A stretch of 64,000 bases of DNA, from the IMG/VR virus record IMGVR_UViG_3300050821_005035, positions 11,134-75,133 of that record; one strand, given 5' to 3'. Below the pieces are notes generated by a model. It made no database searches. It had not been told where the DNA came from and saw only the letters and a list, made by a program, of their open reading frames with translations. This DNA is from a virus. Position 1 is the first letter of the stretch, and each line of letters opens with the position of its first letter. The position numbers and the translations under genes are program-made. Positions 50,762-60,579 of this stretch are shown piece after piece.

Positions 50762-53700
50762 ATGGAAGTCAAACCACAATCGGTCGAGCAGTTCCTCGTC
50801 GAGCAGCTGGACAAGATCGCTCCCGGCAGGTATACCCTCGCGAGCGCGCTGCAGCTTTTCAAGACCCGGCTCCGGTTCCCCTGCAACCACTTGAAGGGCG
50901 GCGGGCGCAGGTACTCCCTCCTGTCTCCGGGGAAAGACTACAACATAAGCATCTTCACGTTCCCTACCGGCGTCACCGAGATCAAGTGCCTTTACAACTG
51001 TGGCCTTAAAGTTCGCAGCGACGAGAAAGAGTTGGTTTCAGCGTACAACGAGATATTCGACCTCCCAACGTCCAACTACAAGGCGTCGGCAGAAGTCATA
51101 ACGCTTATGAAGAACGGCAAAGTTATCCCCTTAGACCCGGGACCCGCGCCGACGTGCTCCGACGACCATCGTAAGTGTATTAGGGAATCGAACGAGCTGT
51201 TCTTAGAATATCTTGAACGAGGCCTCCGCGACGGACGCATCTTACCGAACAACCAGATTCTCGGCGGAACTTTTCCTCACCCGGACCCGATTGAGGCGCC
51301 GGAATCCAGCCTACCGCGTAAGATAGTCGAACGCTTCCGGAAGATGAAGCAACGCCAGGCTATATTGAAAGCAACAGCCTCTTTCCAAGATTTAATCCCG
51401 GCACTAGAACCAGTGAAAGTTAACACCAAGATTCGAAAGGCCCGTAAGACCCAATCCCGCAAACGCGGAAAGTAAGGACTACCCAATGAAAACGAACCTG
51501 AAGACAGCCGAACTGCTGGCGAAGCTCCAAGACCGAATCTCCCGCGTTGCGGAAGAGACGGCCAACGTCGTCGATAAGATCGAAGCCAGGCTCAACAGCA
51601 CCGACCAGGCCGTTCGCAATATCGGCGGGGTGCTCGAAGTTCTAGACAATCGCGTCACCGAGACCTGCCAGGTGCTCGAAGTCCTAGACACACGCATTAT
51701 CGAACTCCGCGACAAGGAATTTGAAGCCAAAAACAACTTCATACGTCTCAACAGCGCCATCGCCTCTACAGCCGAGAGAATCGACGAAGTCCGATTCAAG
51801 AACGACAAGCGGGAAGAAGCTCAGACCTCCCGGGACCAGTCGAGCGTCCAGTCCATCAAGGAGCTCACCGACCGGACCAAGGTAGCATTCGAGAAAGTCC
51901 AGAAAGACGTCGATACCCTTAACAAGTCCGACCAAAGATTAGCAGAACGAGTCTACCAACTAGAGAACGCCCCGGTCGCCGAAGTCCCGGCCCCCGAGCC
52001 GTCCCTCCCGTCTGACCACAAGTGGGTCAACAACAAGCTTGCCAGCGTTTACGAGTACGTGACCGAGTTGGAGACCAGACTGAGCAAGTTGGAAAACCAC
52101 ACCGTCGGCGTAGACTTCGATTACGGCATCCAGGAACCAACGACAGTTTTTGCTCCTCCAGTCGTCAGTAAAGAAGGTTTCTGCACAGACACAGCTTGCA
52201 GTAATAAGGGATTCAACGAACACTATTTCGGCCCCGGATGCCGTTTCTACACGGTAAAGGGATGAGCCGCAAGTCCGTCACGATTCTCGGCGTCAAGATT
52301 CCACTTTCGAATTTGACCCCGGTGGCGGTCGCCCCAACCGACCCTTATACACACTACTGGATATCGTCTGACGGGTCGTCGTGTGGTACTTACCTCGGGG
52401 CAGCGGGCAGGATGTGCGATTGCGCCCTACGAAGTTTCTGGGAAGGCGATTGCGACTTCTGCCGCGACTACCAGGCGCCGCCCGAGCCAGCCAAGAGTTA
52501 CAACGACTATTGCAACTTCTCCACCTTCGCGGTGGACAACTCTTTCGGAAACGATATCATGGAAGCCGCTCGCGAGGCGGGCGCGGAGTACGCTCGACGA
52601 CTCAACAAGCTGGTCGAGTTCGAGGTCGGGATATGAACATATGTCCCGAGCACGGCATAGCGCATTATTCTGGCGACCCAGGGCCGCATACTCACGGAGA
52701 AGACAAGCCGTGTCTCGCGTGCTTCGCGGAGTACATAGAGTTTAATCACGGCCTGCCAACTTCTCCTATGGATTTGGAAGATGAGCTAGAGACGGGGATA
52801 CACGACAAGAATCCGTCCCTCACGGCGTTGATACGGGACCAGTCATGAGCAAAAAGAACATCCTCTCGAAAGAAAAGATTGACAACAACACCGTCCGGGT
52901 AACATTTGAGAATCCCGACGGCCACAGAGTTTACGAATACAAGGGCGCCTCTATGAGAGCAATCCAAAGAGGTAAGGACCCAGCAGGATTAATGGGCGGA
53001 AAGCTCATTGAGCACAAGAGAAAACCATGAGCAAAAGCATAGCCCCAGGCGGCAGCGACACGTTCGAGCACGGTGCGGACGGAGACCCGGAAGATTACAC
53101 GCCCACGTATTACGGCAAAAAGAAACTGGAGAAGTACAGCCCGTCGTACTCGGTCTATCACAGAACTCCGACCGAAGCTGCAGCAGGCGGCTCCGGCGAG
53201 AACCAGAAAGAAGTCGGCGGACAAAGCTACCCCGGGCGCGCAACGCCCCCGTCCCAGGCTGTGACTACGGCCACGGAACAGTCTGGCTCCACGGTTCGAC
53301 AAGGCCAGAAGCAGACCGGCTTGAACCGGTACCCGATTAACGAGCACGAAGAGAAAGCGAAACATCACGGCCCGAATAACTGAGTATCAAAAGGATAAAA
53401 CAATGTTCACATTTTCCGTCGTAGCAATCGTAGTTTCCGCCGCTCTAGGTTTCGCAGGCGGGCGGGTTCATCACCCGGCGAACTTGAAGCTCGTAGCCGT
53501 CAAGGCCGAGATTGTCAAGATCGAAGAGGAAGTCAAGGCATACGTGATCGCTAGCGCGATTGTCGTCCGCCTCAAGAAGCTTCTGTAATTTTAGCAGTGG
53601 CACCCGGTAAAGGCCAGGTAGCCAAGGAACCACACCATGTCTTCAGCAAACACCACACCAGCGTCTATGGCGCACTCTCCGGAGAAGCCGTGCGGCGGCG

Positions 53701-53924
53701 ACCAGCCCCACGCGCACAAGTATCCGGGACGCGCGACACCGAAGGCCGAGAAGGTCTCGGACGCTTCCCACGACGCGGCGGCACTTAAGGCCGGACGCTC
53801 TCTCTCTATGGGAGTTAGCGCCAGCGGTTCCCACAAGGGAATCCCCACGAGCATGGAAGAGGTTGGCCGTCACACGACGCAGCCCGCCACCCCCAAGTTC
53901 GCGCACAAGTACCCTGGGGTCTAA
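50762..53924 (+). other. hypothetical ORFs (Cys-containing protein, coiled-coil protein, small disordered proteins)
   Basis: 50762..51475, 51486..52265, 52845..53030, 53027..53383, 53403..53588, 53637..53924. Confidence 0.55.
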
Positions 53925-53932
53925 GATTCCTC

Positions 53933-53961
53933 TTGACTTCTAAGGGAAACTGTGGTAGGAT
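53933..53961 (+). promoter_or_regulatory. promoter of the zinc-ribbon ORF and RNA cluster
   Basis: TTGACT-17-TAGGAT with TGTGG. Confidence 0.65.
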
Positions 53962-53970
53962 GGTATCACG

Positions 53971-54156
53971 ATGAAGACATACGAGACCGAGATGTGGATT
54001 TCGGCGAAGAACGGTGTCGGCATCCCTCCAAGGTTCCTGCAGTGTCCCGAGTGCGGAGACACGATGCGCCCTCGCCCCGGCCACCGATACGTTTGCGGTG
54101 ACTGCGGTACCGAGACGACGCTGGACATGACGCCGTTGGAGCACAAAGTTTTCTAG
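53971..54156 (+). CDS. zinc-ribbon protein
   Basis: CPECG...CGDCG. Confidence 0.6.
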   Translation: MKTYETEMWISAKNGVGIPPRFLQCPECGDTMRPRPGHRYVCGDCGTETTLDMTPLEHKVF

Positions 54157-54348
54157 GGCGGCAGGAGCAGCACTGTGCCGTCCTCAATCTCGGGCGTAGG
54201 CCTCTGGACCACAGGGCCGCGCCTCGATTTTCTAACCGAGCCGCTTTGTCTGGCGGATAAGACACTCGGGGCAGAGCACCCACGGGCCTAGTCGCCGTAA
54301 GGCGGGTAACGGTTGCTCTTTGAAAGGCCCAAACTTTCTGCCCAGCGC

Positions 54349-54434
54349 TGGCCTGTGGCTCAACCCGGTACAGCATCTGGCCGTTAACCAGACAGTCCGA
54401 AAGGACATTGGAGGTTCGAATCCTCCTGGGCCAG
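54349..54434 (+). tRNA. tRNA with GTT (Asn) anticodon and long variable arm
   Basis: TGGCCTG/TGGGCCA acceptor, TCTGG-CCGTTAA-CCAGA, GGAGG-TTCGAAT-CCTCC; no encoded CCA. Confidence 0.8.
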
Positions 54435-54664
54435 CGGTGTGCAGAACAACTTTAGAAGTACGACGTTGTACAACAGAGAGAACAAAAATCCCAGGGTAGC
54501 TCCCGTGGGCCTGTATCCTCGCTAGGATAAGTTCTCTCGCTCATCACAAATGAGCCAAGCGCCGCCCGGGGCGCGCTGATAAAATCCGGGAAGCTTTGAT
54601 TGTCCCTAAAGGCGGACGCTAAACAAGATAGTGGACACCTTTGGGGACATTACAACAATTTCTG

Positions 54665-54755
54665 TGGGCTGTGAGTTCGAAGTGAAACGAATAGCTAACG
54701 CGAAGACTAGTCAGTAACGTTAGAAGGTTGGGGTTAGAATTCCCCACCAGCCCAG
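54665..54755 (+). ncRNA. tRNA-like RNA with enlarged anticodon arm
   Basis: TGGGCTG/CAGCCCA acceptor-like stem, CTAACG/CGTTAG arm with a 17-nt loop, TGGGG/CCCCA T-like arm. Confidence 0.55.
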
Positions 54756-54867
54756 AATTTTCCGGAGCTACGATGTCAACCATATTCGAACTGATCGCTG
54801 GCACAATCTTCGTGCTGCTGCTCGCCGCCTGGTTCTTTAAGGCACCGAAGGGCGAATAAATTTCTGT

Positions 54868-54941
54868 GGGCTGTTAGTTAAGCGGGATAACAGTTGCCTT
54901 GCACGCATCAGTCAGGAGTTCGATTCTCCTACGGTCCACCA
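54868..54941 (+). tRNA. tRNA-Ala(TGC)
   Basis: Cloverleaf, G3:U70, CT-TGC-AC loop, A73-CCA. Confidence 0.92.
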
Positions 54942-55271
54942 ACTTTCATAGGTGATCTATGACGATATCAGACGCAGCCTCACTCGCAGCACTGGTGGTC
55001 GACCTGGTCGCCTTGTATTTCCTAATCAAGATATTCAAGGACGACCGTGTTATGAGAGTCACGGCGGAAGAGTCTCTGCAAGTACAAAAAGATTACCTAG
55101 GAATGCGACGCAGGTGGTATGAAGGCCGCATAAAGAAAAAGGACGAAAAGAATGTCGCTCAGCTTTGACCAGAAAATGGCCGCAACGCGCACTCTATGCA
55201 ATCTCGTCGGAGTCATCATCTCAATCATCTACGTTGTCTGGGTGATGAGCAAATAAAATTTAGGAGAACAA

Positions 55272-55619
55272 ATGTACACACCCCCAGCAGGCACATGGAC
55301 GTCGGAACAAACGGTCTTCTTGGCAGTACTTTGTTTCACCACCCTCCTCACGGTTCTCGGCGACGCTTACACAACGATGATCGGTTTGGAACATGGCTTC
55401 GTGGAAGGCAACCCGGTCATGAAGTTCCTGTTCGCCAAGATCGGTCAATCACTCAGCGCGTTCCTCAGCGCGGTTGCCGTCCTCGGCGTCGGTGCCGTTA
55501 TCGCAGCACATAACCTCAACGCGGGCTATGTGTACTTCGGAGTTGTCTCCGTCGGCGAGGGAGTTCGAACTCTTCTGAACTACCTGAAGTTGAAGGCAGC
55601 AAAAATTTCTTTGAAGTAA
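55272..55619 (+). CDS. membrane protein (DUF5658-like)
   Basis: DAYTT.IGL..G.VEGNPVM between TM helices. Confidence 0.6.
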   Translation: MYTPPAGTWTSEQTVFLAVLCFTTLLTVLGDAYTTMIGLEHGFVEGNPVMKFLFAKIGQSLSAFLSAVAVLGVGAVIAAHNLNAGYVYFGVVSVGEGVRTLLNYLKLKAAKISLK

Positions 55620-55627
55620 GGTTTTGA

Positions 55628-55702
55628 GCATTGATGATCTAGCGGTCATGATGTCGCACTTGTAATGCGAACGCCGAGGTTCGACTCCTCGTCGATGCTC
55701 CA
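55628..55702 (+). tRNA. tRNA-Thr(TGT)
   Basis: GCATTGA/TCGATGC acceptor, TCGCA-CTTGTAA-TGCGA, TTCGACT, CCA. Confidence 0.92.
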
Positions 55703-55944
55703 ATTTTATGAGAGAACGAACAGTAGAACAAACGTTTTCCGGTTACCGTCTTAACCTTCCAGAAGGTCTGACGCTCACCGTGCGGGACAACGTCATACCA
55801 TTTACGGTCGTGGACTTGTCCGACGACTTGTCGTACTGGATGCGGCAGTCTTTCACATCTATTTGTAATCAGCTTATTGACAACCGATTCACAATCGACG
55901 CACCATTCGACGCATCATACTGATTTTAGATTTACGGAGACACC

Positions 55945-56340
55945 ATGTCAGCAGCAACACCCACAGCAATGTATTCGACGAACAGTTCTCAGTCCGGTTT
56001 AAACGTTGCGGGTGCTTTCCCCCAGACGACAGGCCAAGGCGTCGGCGGGCAGAACCTCGACCTCATCCAGATCGTCGGCCTCGGCGGCAGCATCCTGTTG
56101 AACGTTGACTATCTCGGCACCGTGCATAACCCGGCTGTCGCACCCACCACATCTGCAGGCGGAATCGGCCAGACGCGCGTCGGTCAATTTCAGACCAATC
56201 TTTCTTCCACCGCAACGACCGCTCAGCTGTTCGCGAGCGCGTTCGCAAACCCCTCTCTGTTGGACATCCTCCAGATCGTGAACGAGGGCGGAAACATCCA
56301 CTACAACTTGAACTACCTGGGCGTCGCAAGCGGTTCTTAA
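55945..56340 (+). CDS. Ser/Thr/Gly-rich putative virion protein with an internal repeat
   Basis: LDLIQIVGLGGSILLNVDYLG / LDILQIVNEGGNIHYNLNYLG. Confidence 0.5.
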   Translation: MSAATPTAMYSTNSSQSGLNVAGAFPQTTGQGVGGQNLDLIQIVGLGGSILLNVDYLGTVHNPAVAPTTSAGGIGQTRVGQFQTNLSSTATTAQLFASAFANPSLLDILQIVNEGGNIHYNLNYLGVASGS

Positions 56341-56468
56341 CGCGGGCATAACGGTCCTCTAAAGGGGGAGCGGAATGTGGGAACGTCTATGTGGTCAGTG
56401 TCGTCGCCTTCTCAAGAAGAACAGTGGCGAAGTAAAAATTTGCAGTTGCGGTTGGACTTGGAGATAAC

Positions 56469-56765
56469 ATGGCAGGCTCAACAATAAGCGGGAACGTCGG
56501 GGGCGCGGCAGCTTCCGGCGCGCAAGTGCAGTGCTTGAACGTTGCGACCAAGCTGGTCAGCTTCGCAGCAGGCGACGGTTCCGGTAACTATACGGTCCCC
56601 GCTCTCGCAGCAGGCACGTACGTGATCTCAGCTTTCCTCTCCTCCAACGTCTATTACCACCCGGTCCAAGTCATCGTCGACGGCGTGGCAACATTCTCGG
56701 GAATCAATTTGAACCCGACTGCTCTAAACGCTTCGAACGTTCCCGCGTGGACGAGCAACTTTTAA
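56469..56765 (+). CDS. carboxypeptidase-regulatory-like beta-sandwich protein
   Basis: TISGNV...GAQV...DGSGNYTVPALAAGTYVISA. Confidence 0.65.
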   Translation: MAGSTISGNVGGAAASGAQVQCLNVATKLVSFAAGDGSGNYTVPALAAGTYVISAFLSSNVYYHPVQVIVDGVATFSGINLNPTALNASNVPAWTSNF

Positions 56766-56869
56766 ACGACTTTTGGCAATCCACCCAGCACCACTCCAAG
56801 GGTGATTCCCGAAACAGCGTCGCCTCGGCGGTTTCCCGTTGCGGCGGCGTATAACTTAAGGAAAACACA

Positions 56870-57475
56870 ATGAGCAACGTTCTTGATTTTCAGGTCTCTG
56901 GCGCATTCCCATCCAAAGTGGGCGGCACCGGAACCACAGTTAAGTATTTCCCCCGACCCATCGGCCCGTCCATCGGCGTAGCACCTTCCACGCCGTCTTC
57001 GACGAGCGCGGTTGGCTCGCTATTTCTCCCCGGTCAGAACACTCTGAACGGTCAACAGATTTCCGTTCTCGCAACTGGCTCTTTCGGTTCCGACACTGGC
57101 GATCCGTCAGGAACAGTGACCGTGAAATTGTACGCGGTAACTGGCACCTTGACAGCCCCGGTTTACACCGCGCTGGCTTCCACCACTGCATTCGCCCCGA
57201 CGTTCAACGCAGCTGAGTCTTGGGCAATCACTGGCAACTTCTACGGCGATACGAACTCCGGAGTTTTCGGCGGCGAGTATTCCGCATACGTTCAGGGCGC
57301 ATTGAACAACACCACTCCTAAGACCTCGGATGCTATCATCTCCGGTCTGAACTTCAACACGGGCAACCCGGCGTTGTCGCAAGGCGCAGTCATGGGCCTC
57401 GTGGTCGGCGTGACGTTCGGCACCAGCGACGCGTCCAACACCGCGTCCTTGTTCCAGTTCACAATCGAAAGCTAG
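56870..57475 (+). CDS. Ser/Thr/Gly-rich putative virion protein
   Basis: Composition, beta-rich pattern and AAGGA RBS; followed by a hairpin. Confidence 0.5.
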   Translation: MSNVLDFQVSGAFPSKVGGTGTTVKYFPRPIGPSIGVAPSTPSSTSAVGSLFLPGQNTLNGQQISVLATGSFGSDTGDPSGTVTVKLYAVTGTLTAPVYTALASTTAFAPTFNAAESWAITGNFYGDTNSGVFGGEYSAYVQGALNNTTPKTSDAIISGLNFNTGNPALSQGAVMGLVVGVTFGTSDASNTASLFQFTIES

Positions 57476-57940
57476 AAACAACGGGGGCGGCGTCGAGTCG
57501 CCCCACATCTTCCCCTTGGCTGGGACGCAAACAAAAACGCGACCACCAGGGCTTTCTGTGAAAGCCAGAGCATTGAATCGTTACAGCCGATTCTAAATTT
57601 TCGATATACGAATGGCAGTAAAGATAATGTTTGATTGCGGGTTTCTCGTATATCAGATGTGTCAAAGGCTAATCATGTTTGACCCAGCAAGTTTAACCCT
57701 GGGACAGATTTCATCTGTCGCCAGAGACTTTACGATTGTCGGAGTCCTTCTCACGAGCGCGTGGAAAGTACGCGGCGTTTATGAGTCAGTGCGGCACTTC
57801 TTTGCAAGGCTGACCTCGCACATGGACAGAATGGAAACGGGGATGAACACGCTCCTCAGCAATCACTTGAAACACATCGAGATGGACTTGAAGCTGCTAT
57901 CTGGCCGCAGAGACGGCGACATAAATTCAACGGAGTAATC

Positions 57941-58126
57941 GTGCCAGCAGAATCGAAAGCGCAACGCATCGCGATGGCAATCGCTGAGCATCATCCCGAA
58001 GACCTGAACGAGAAGAACAAAGGCCTGGCGGATATGACGCACAAGCAACTGCACGAGTTCGCTTCGACGCCTGAGAAAGGTCTACCCTCATACAAGCACG
58101 CTCGTAAGGCGCGCAGAGATGAGTAA
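57941..58126 (+). CDS. DUF3008-like small protein
   Basis: MPAESKAQ...MTHKQLHEFAST..KGLP. Confidence 0.55.
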   Translation: MPAESKAQRIAMAIAEHHPEDLNEKNKGLADMTHKQLHEFASTPEKGLPSYKHARKARRDE

Positions 58127-59024
58127 GAACTGGCCTGTAATCATAGAGGGACTCAACAGTCTAATCTCCCGGGTTGGTCCTATCTGGCCCAAGAGCACCA
58201 AGCTGGCTGGGTTCGCTTCCGACGGGCCTTATCATTGTGCGGATTGTGAATATCTAAACGAAGCGGGCAACCGATGCAATCAGGAAGTCATGGTTGCTGA
58301 CCCGGAAGTCCAGCACGACGAGAAGGGCCTGGCGATCATCACCGACGCCGCTCACCAGTGCTGTGAGTTCGTAGAGCCGGAAGACGAGACAGAACAGGAA
58401 CCACAAGGCGACAAGCTGGCCGCTATGTTTATGCGCCACGGTCAAACGCAGTTCAATAAAGAAAAGAGATTTCGCGGTCAGATGGAAGTTCCCCTCGACA
58501 GCGTAGGCATTCAACAGGCGCTGGACGCCCGTCGCTTCCTCGCCGGATTCTTGGGCGACAAGCCGTTAGGCAATTCATACCGCAGCAGCAAGGACCGCAC
58601 CAGACAAACAGCCGAGTTAGTTCTAGGAGACCACACTAAGGTGGTCAAGAACTTTGACGCGCTGAACGTCGGCAAGTTCTCTGGTCAGTTGAAGAACGAC
58701 GAGAACATGAAAGAGATTTTGCATTACCAGAAGTACCCCGAACAGAAGATTCCAGGCGGGGAGCGCATCAACGACTTCCGAGCCAGAGTAAACCCGGAAC
58801 TCAAAAAGGTTATCGAGGAAGGCGAGAAGACGGGCCGTCCCACAATTTCATTTGTTCATAGCTCTACAATTCATCAACTCAGTCACATGCTCCACGGCGA
58901 CCATAACATGATTAAGGTTCAACCGGGCGGCATCGTGGGCGTGTACAAACGTCCTAGCGGAAGCTATTACGTGAGACCGCTTCTCGGCGAGAGCACAGGC
59001 AAGCAAGACAACTTGATGAGCTAA
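58119..59024 (+). CDS. histidine phosphatase family protein with a Cys-rich N-terminal domain
   Basis: MRHGQT.FN...RFRG..EVPL, RTRQTA, PGGE, VHS; N-terminal CADC...C...CC. Confidence 0.85.
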   Translation: MSKNWPVIIEGLNSLISRVGPIWPKSTKLAGFASDGPYHCADCEYLNEAGNRCNQEVMVADPEVQHDEKGLAIITDAAHQCCEFVEPEDETEQEPQGDKLAAMFMRHGQTQFNKEKRFRGQMEVPLDSVGIQQALDARRFLAGFLGDKPLGNSYRSSKDRTRQTAELVLGDHTKVVKNFDALNVGKFSGQLKNDENMKEILHYQKYPEQKIPGGERINDFRARVNPELKKVIEEGEKTGRPTISFVHSSTIHQLSHMLHGDHNMIKVQPGGIVGVYKRPSGSYYVRPLLGESTGKQDNLMS

Positions 59025-59508
59025 GGTTTAAGAAACACGGAGATCGCATGGCGAAGAAACACCACAAATTTACTCACACACACGTAGAGCATCATGCAGA
59101 TGGCTCTCACACAGTTCATCACGTTCACGTTGAAGGCCCTCACAAAGATGTAAAGGGCGCGACAGCTGACCACGATGGCATGATGGACCACATCATGGAC
59201 CACACGTCTGCACCAAACACGGGCGAAGGCATGAACGAAGCCAACGCACCGATGGCGGCGCCAGCAGGCGCTCCTGCAGTGGCCCCCGGCGCACCGGGCG
59301 CAGCACCAGCGGCGGTGTAAGATGGCATCCAAGACTTCTTTCTATCGCTCGATGCACCACCTCCGAAAGGGCGGACTGCACGAGGCGTTGAACATCCCGA
59401 AGGACCAGAAGATTCCGGCAGACCGTCTCGCGTCCGCCAAGAACTCCCCGAACGCTCATGTGAAGAAGATGGCCGTCCTGGCCGACAACATGAAGCACTG
59501 GGGCTAAG

Positions 59509-59787
59509 ATGAACTTTCGTCCAGCCCTCGGATATCTCAAGGCCGCGTTCAGCGACAACGGCACGCCGAGTTCATCTCGGCTATTGACACTGCTTCACAG
59601 CACTGTCGCCACTGGCGTATTGATATTCTATGTCGCGAAGACCCACCTGATTCCTGACGGGACAGTACTTGCAGGCCTCGGCGCTTTCACGACAGCGCAC
59701 TACCTAGTCAACCGAGCCACCACGGCTTTCGGTAAAGACCAGACCGCACCAGCACCAGACCCTGCAGTACCAGACGCAAAAGTTTAG
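59509..59787 (+). CDS. holin-like membrane protein
   Basis: SDNGTPSSSRL followed by two hydrophobic helices. Confidence 0.45.
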   Translation: MNFRPALGYLKAAFSDNGTPSSSRLLTLLHSTVATGVLIFYVAKTHLIPDGTVLAGLGAFTTAHYLVNRATTAFGKDQTAPAPDPAVPDAKV

Positions 59788-59850
59788 ACGTATCGGCAAC
59801 AGGGGACGAACAAGGCTCCATTCCTCTCGCCGGATTCAAAGGCAACATCC

Positions 59851-60267
59851 ATGAACATTCTTCGCAAGTTTGCTTACTGGTACCTGATCGTCGTCCCTGC
59901 CCTGATTCTCGGGCTGGGCATTGCATCCAACCAGCTTGTCTTGGTTGCTAATCACGGGAAGTTCCCTGTGATGATGAACGAAATCCAAATGGAAAAGTTT
60001 TGTTCATTGGCTGACGTTGACCCGGCTGACGTCCCCCAGATTCCTGCAGCAGCTTGCATGAAAGGCGGGGAGATGATTGACCCGGTCCACAGCGTCATGG
60101 GTCCGAACTCGCACTTGAAAGCACTCGCGGACATTTTTCCTCTCGGGCGTAATATTTATAGCGTCGGAGACGGCCTGATTTACTTGGGCCTCTGGCTTCT
60201 TTCCTTCACGCCCTACATGTGGCTTGCGCTAACTATCAGAAAGGTATACGCTCTGTTGAACTTTTAA
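59851..60267 (+). CDS. DUF5317-like membrane protein
   Basis: SNQLVLVANHGKFPV...LADI...YSVGD.LI. Confidence 0.6.
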   Translation: MNILRKFAYWYLIVVPALILGLGIASNQLVLVANHGKFPVMMNEIQMEKFCSLADVDPADVPQIPAAACMKGGEMIDPVHSVMGPNSHLKALADIFPLGRNIYSVGDGLIYLGLWLLSFTPYMWLALTIRKVYALLNF

Positions 60268-60579
60268 GGATACAATATGGCCTCAGACTTCATAACATCG
60301 GCTCTCGCGAACGCCCACAAGGCGCTCGACACGGCCAACAACTCAAGCGTCGGAACTAGGTCGGGACACTCCGGTCTTATCCCAGAGAAGCCCGCCGCAC
60401 CCGCCGCATCCAAGACCGATTACTCTCACGCCCGCACCGCTAGAACATCAGAAGGCAGCGGTGAATTCATGGGAGTGAAGTCTGACTCAGGGTCAGAGCT
60501 AAAGGCCGCAGAAGCAAATAGAGAAGCGGCTAAGAAAGTATTGAACCAATAGGGGCATCCGCCTCTCAGAGGCACCCCA

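Noticed and set aside
54283-54330. Hammerhead ribozyme
   Set aside because: GAAA and a closing stem are present, but the CUGANGA core is missing.
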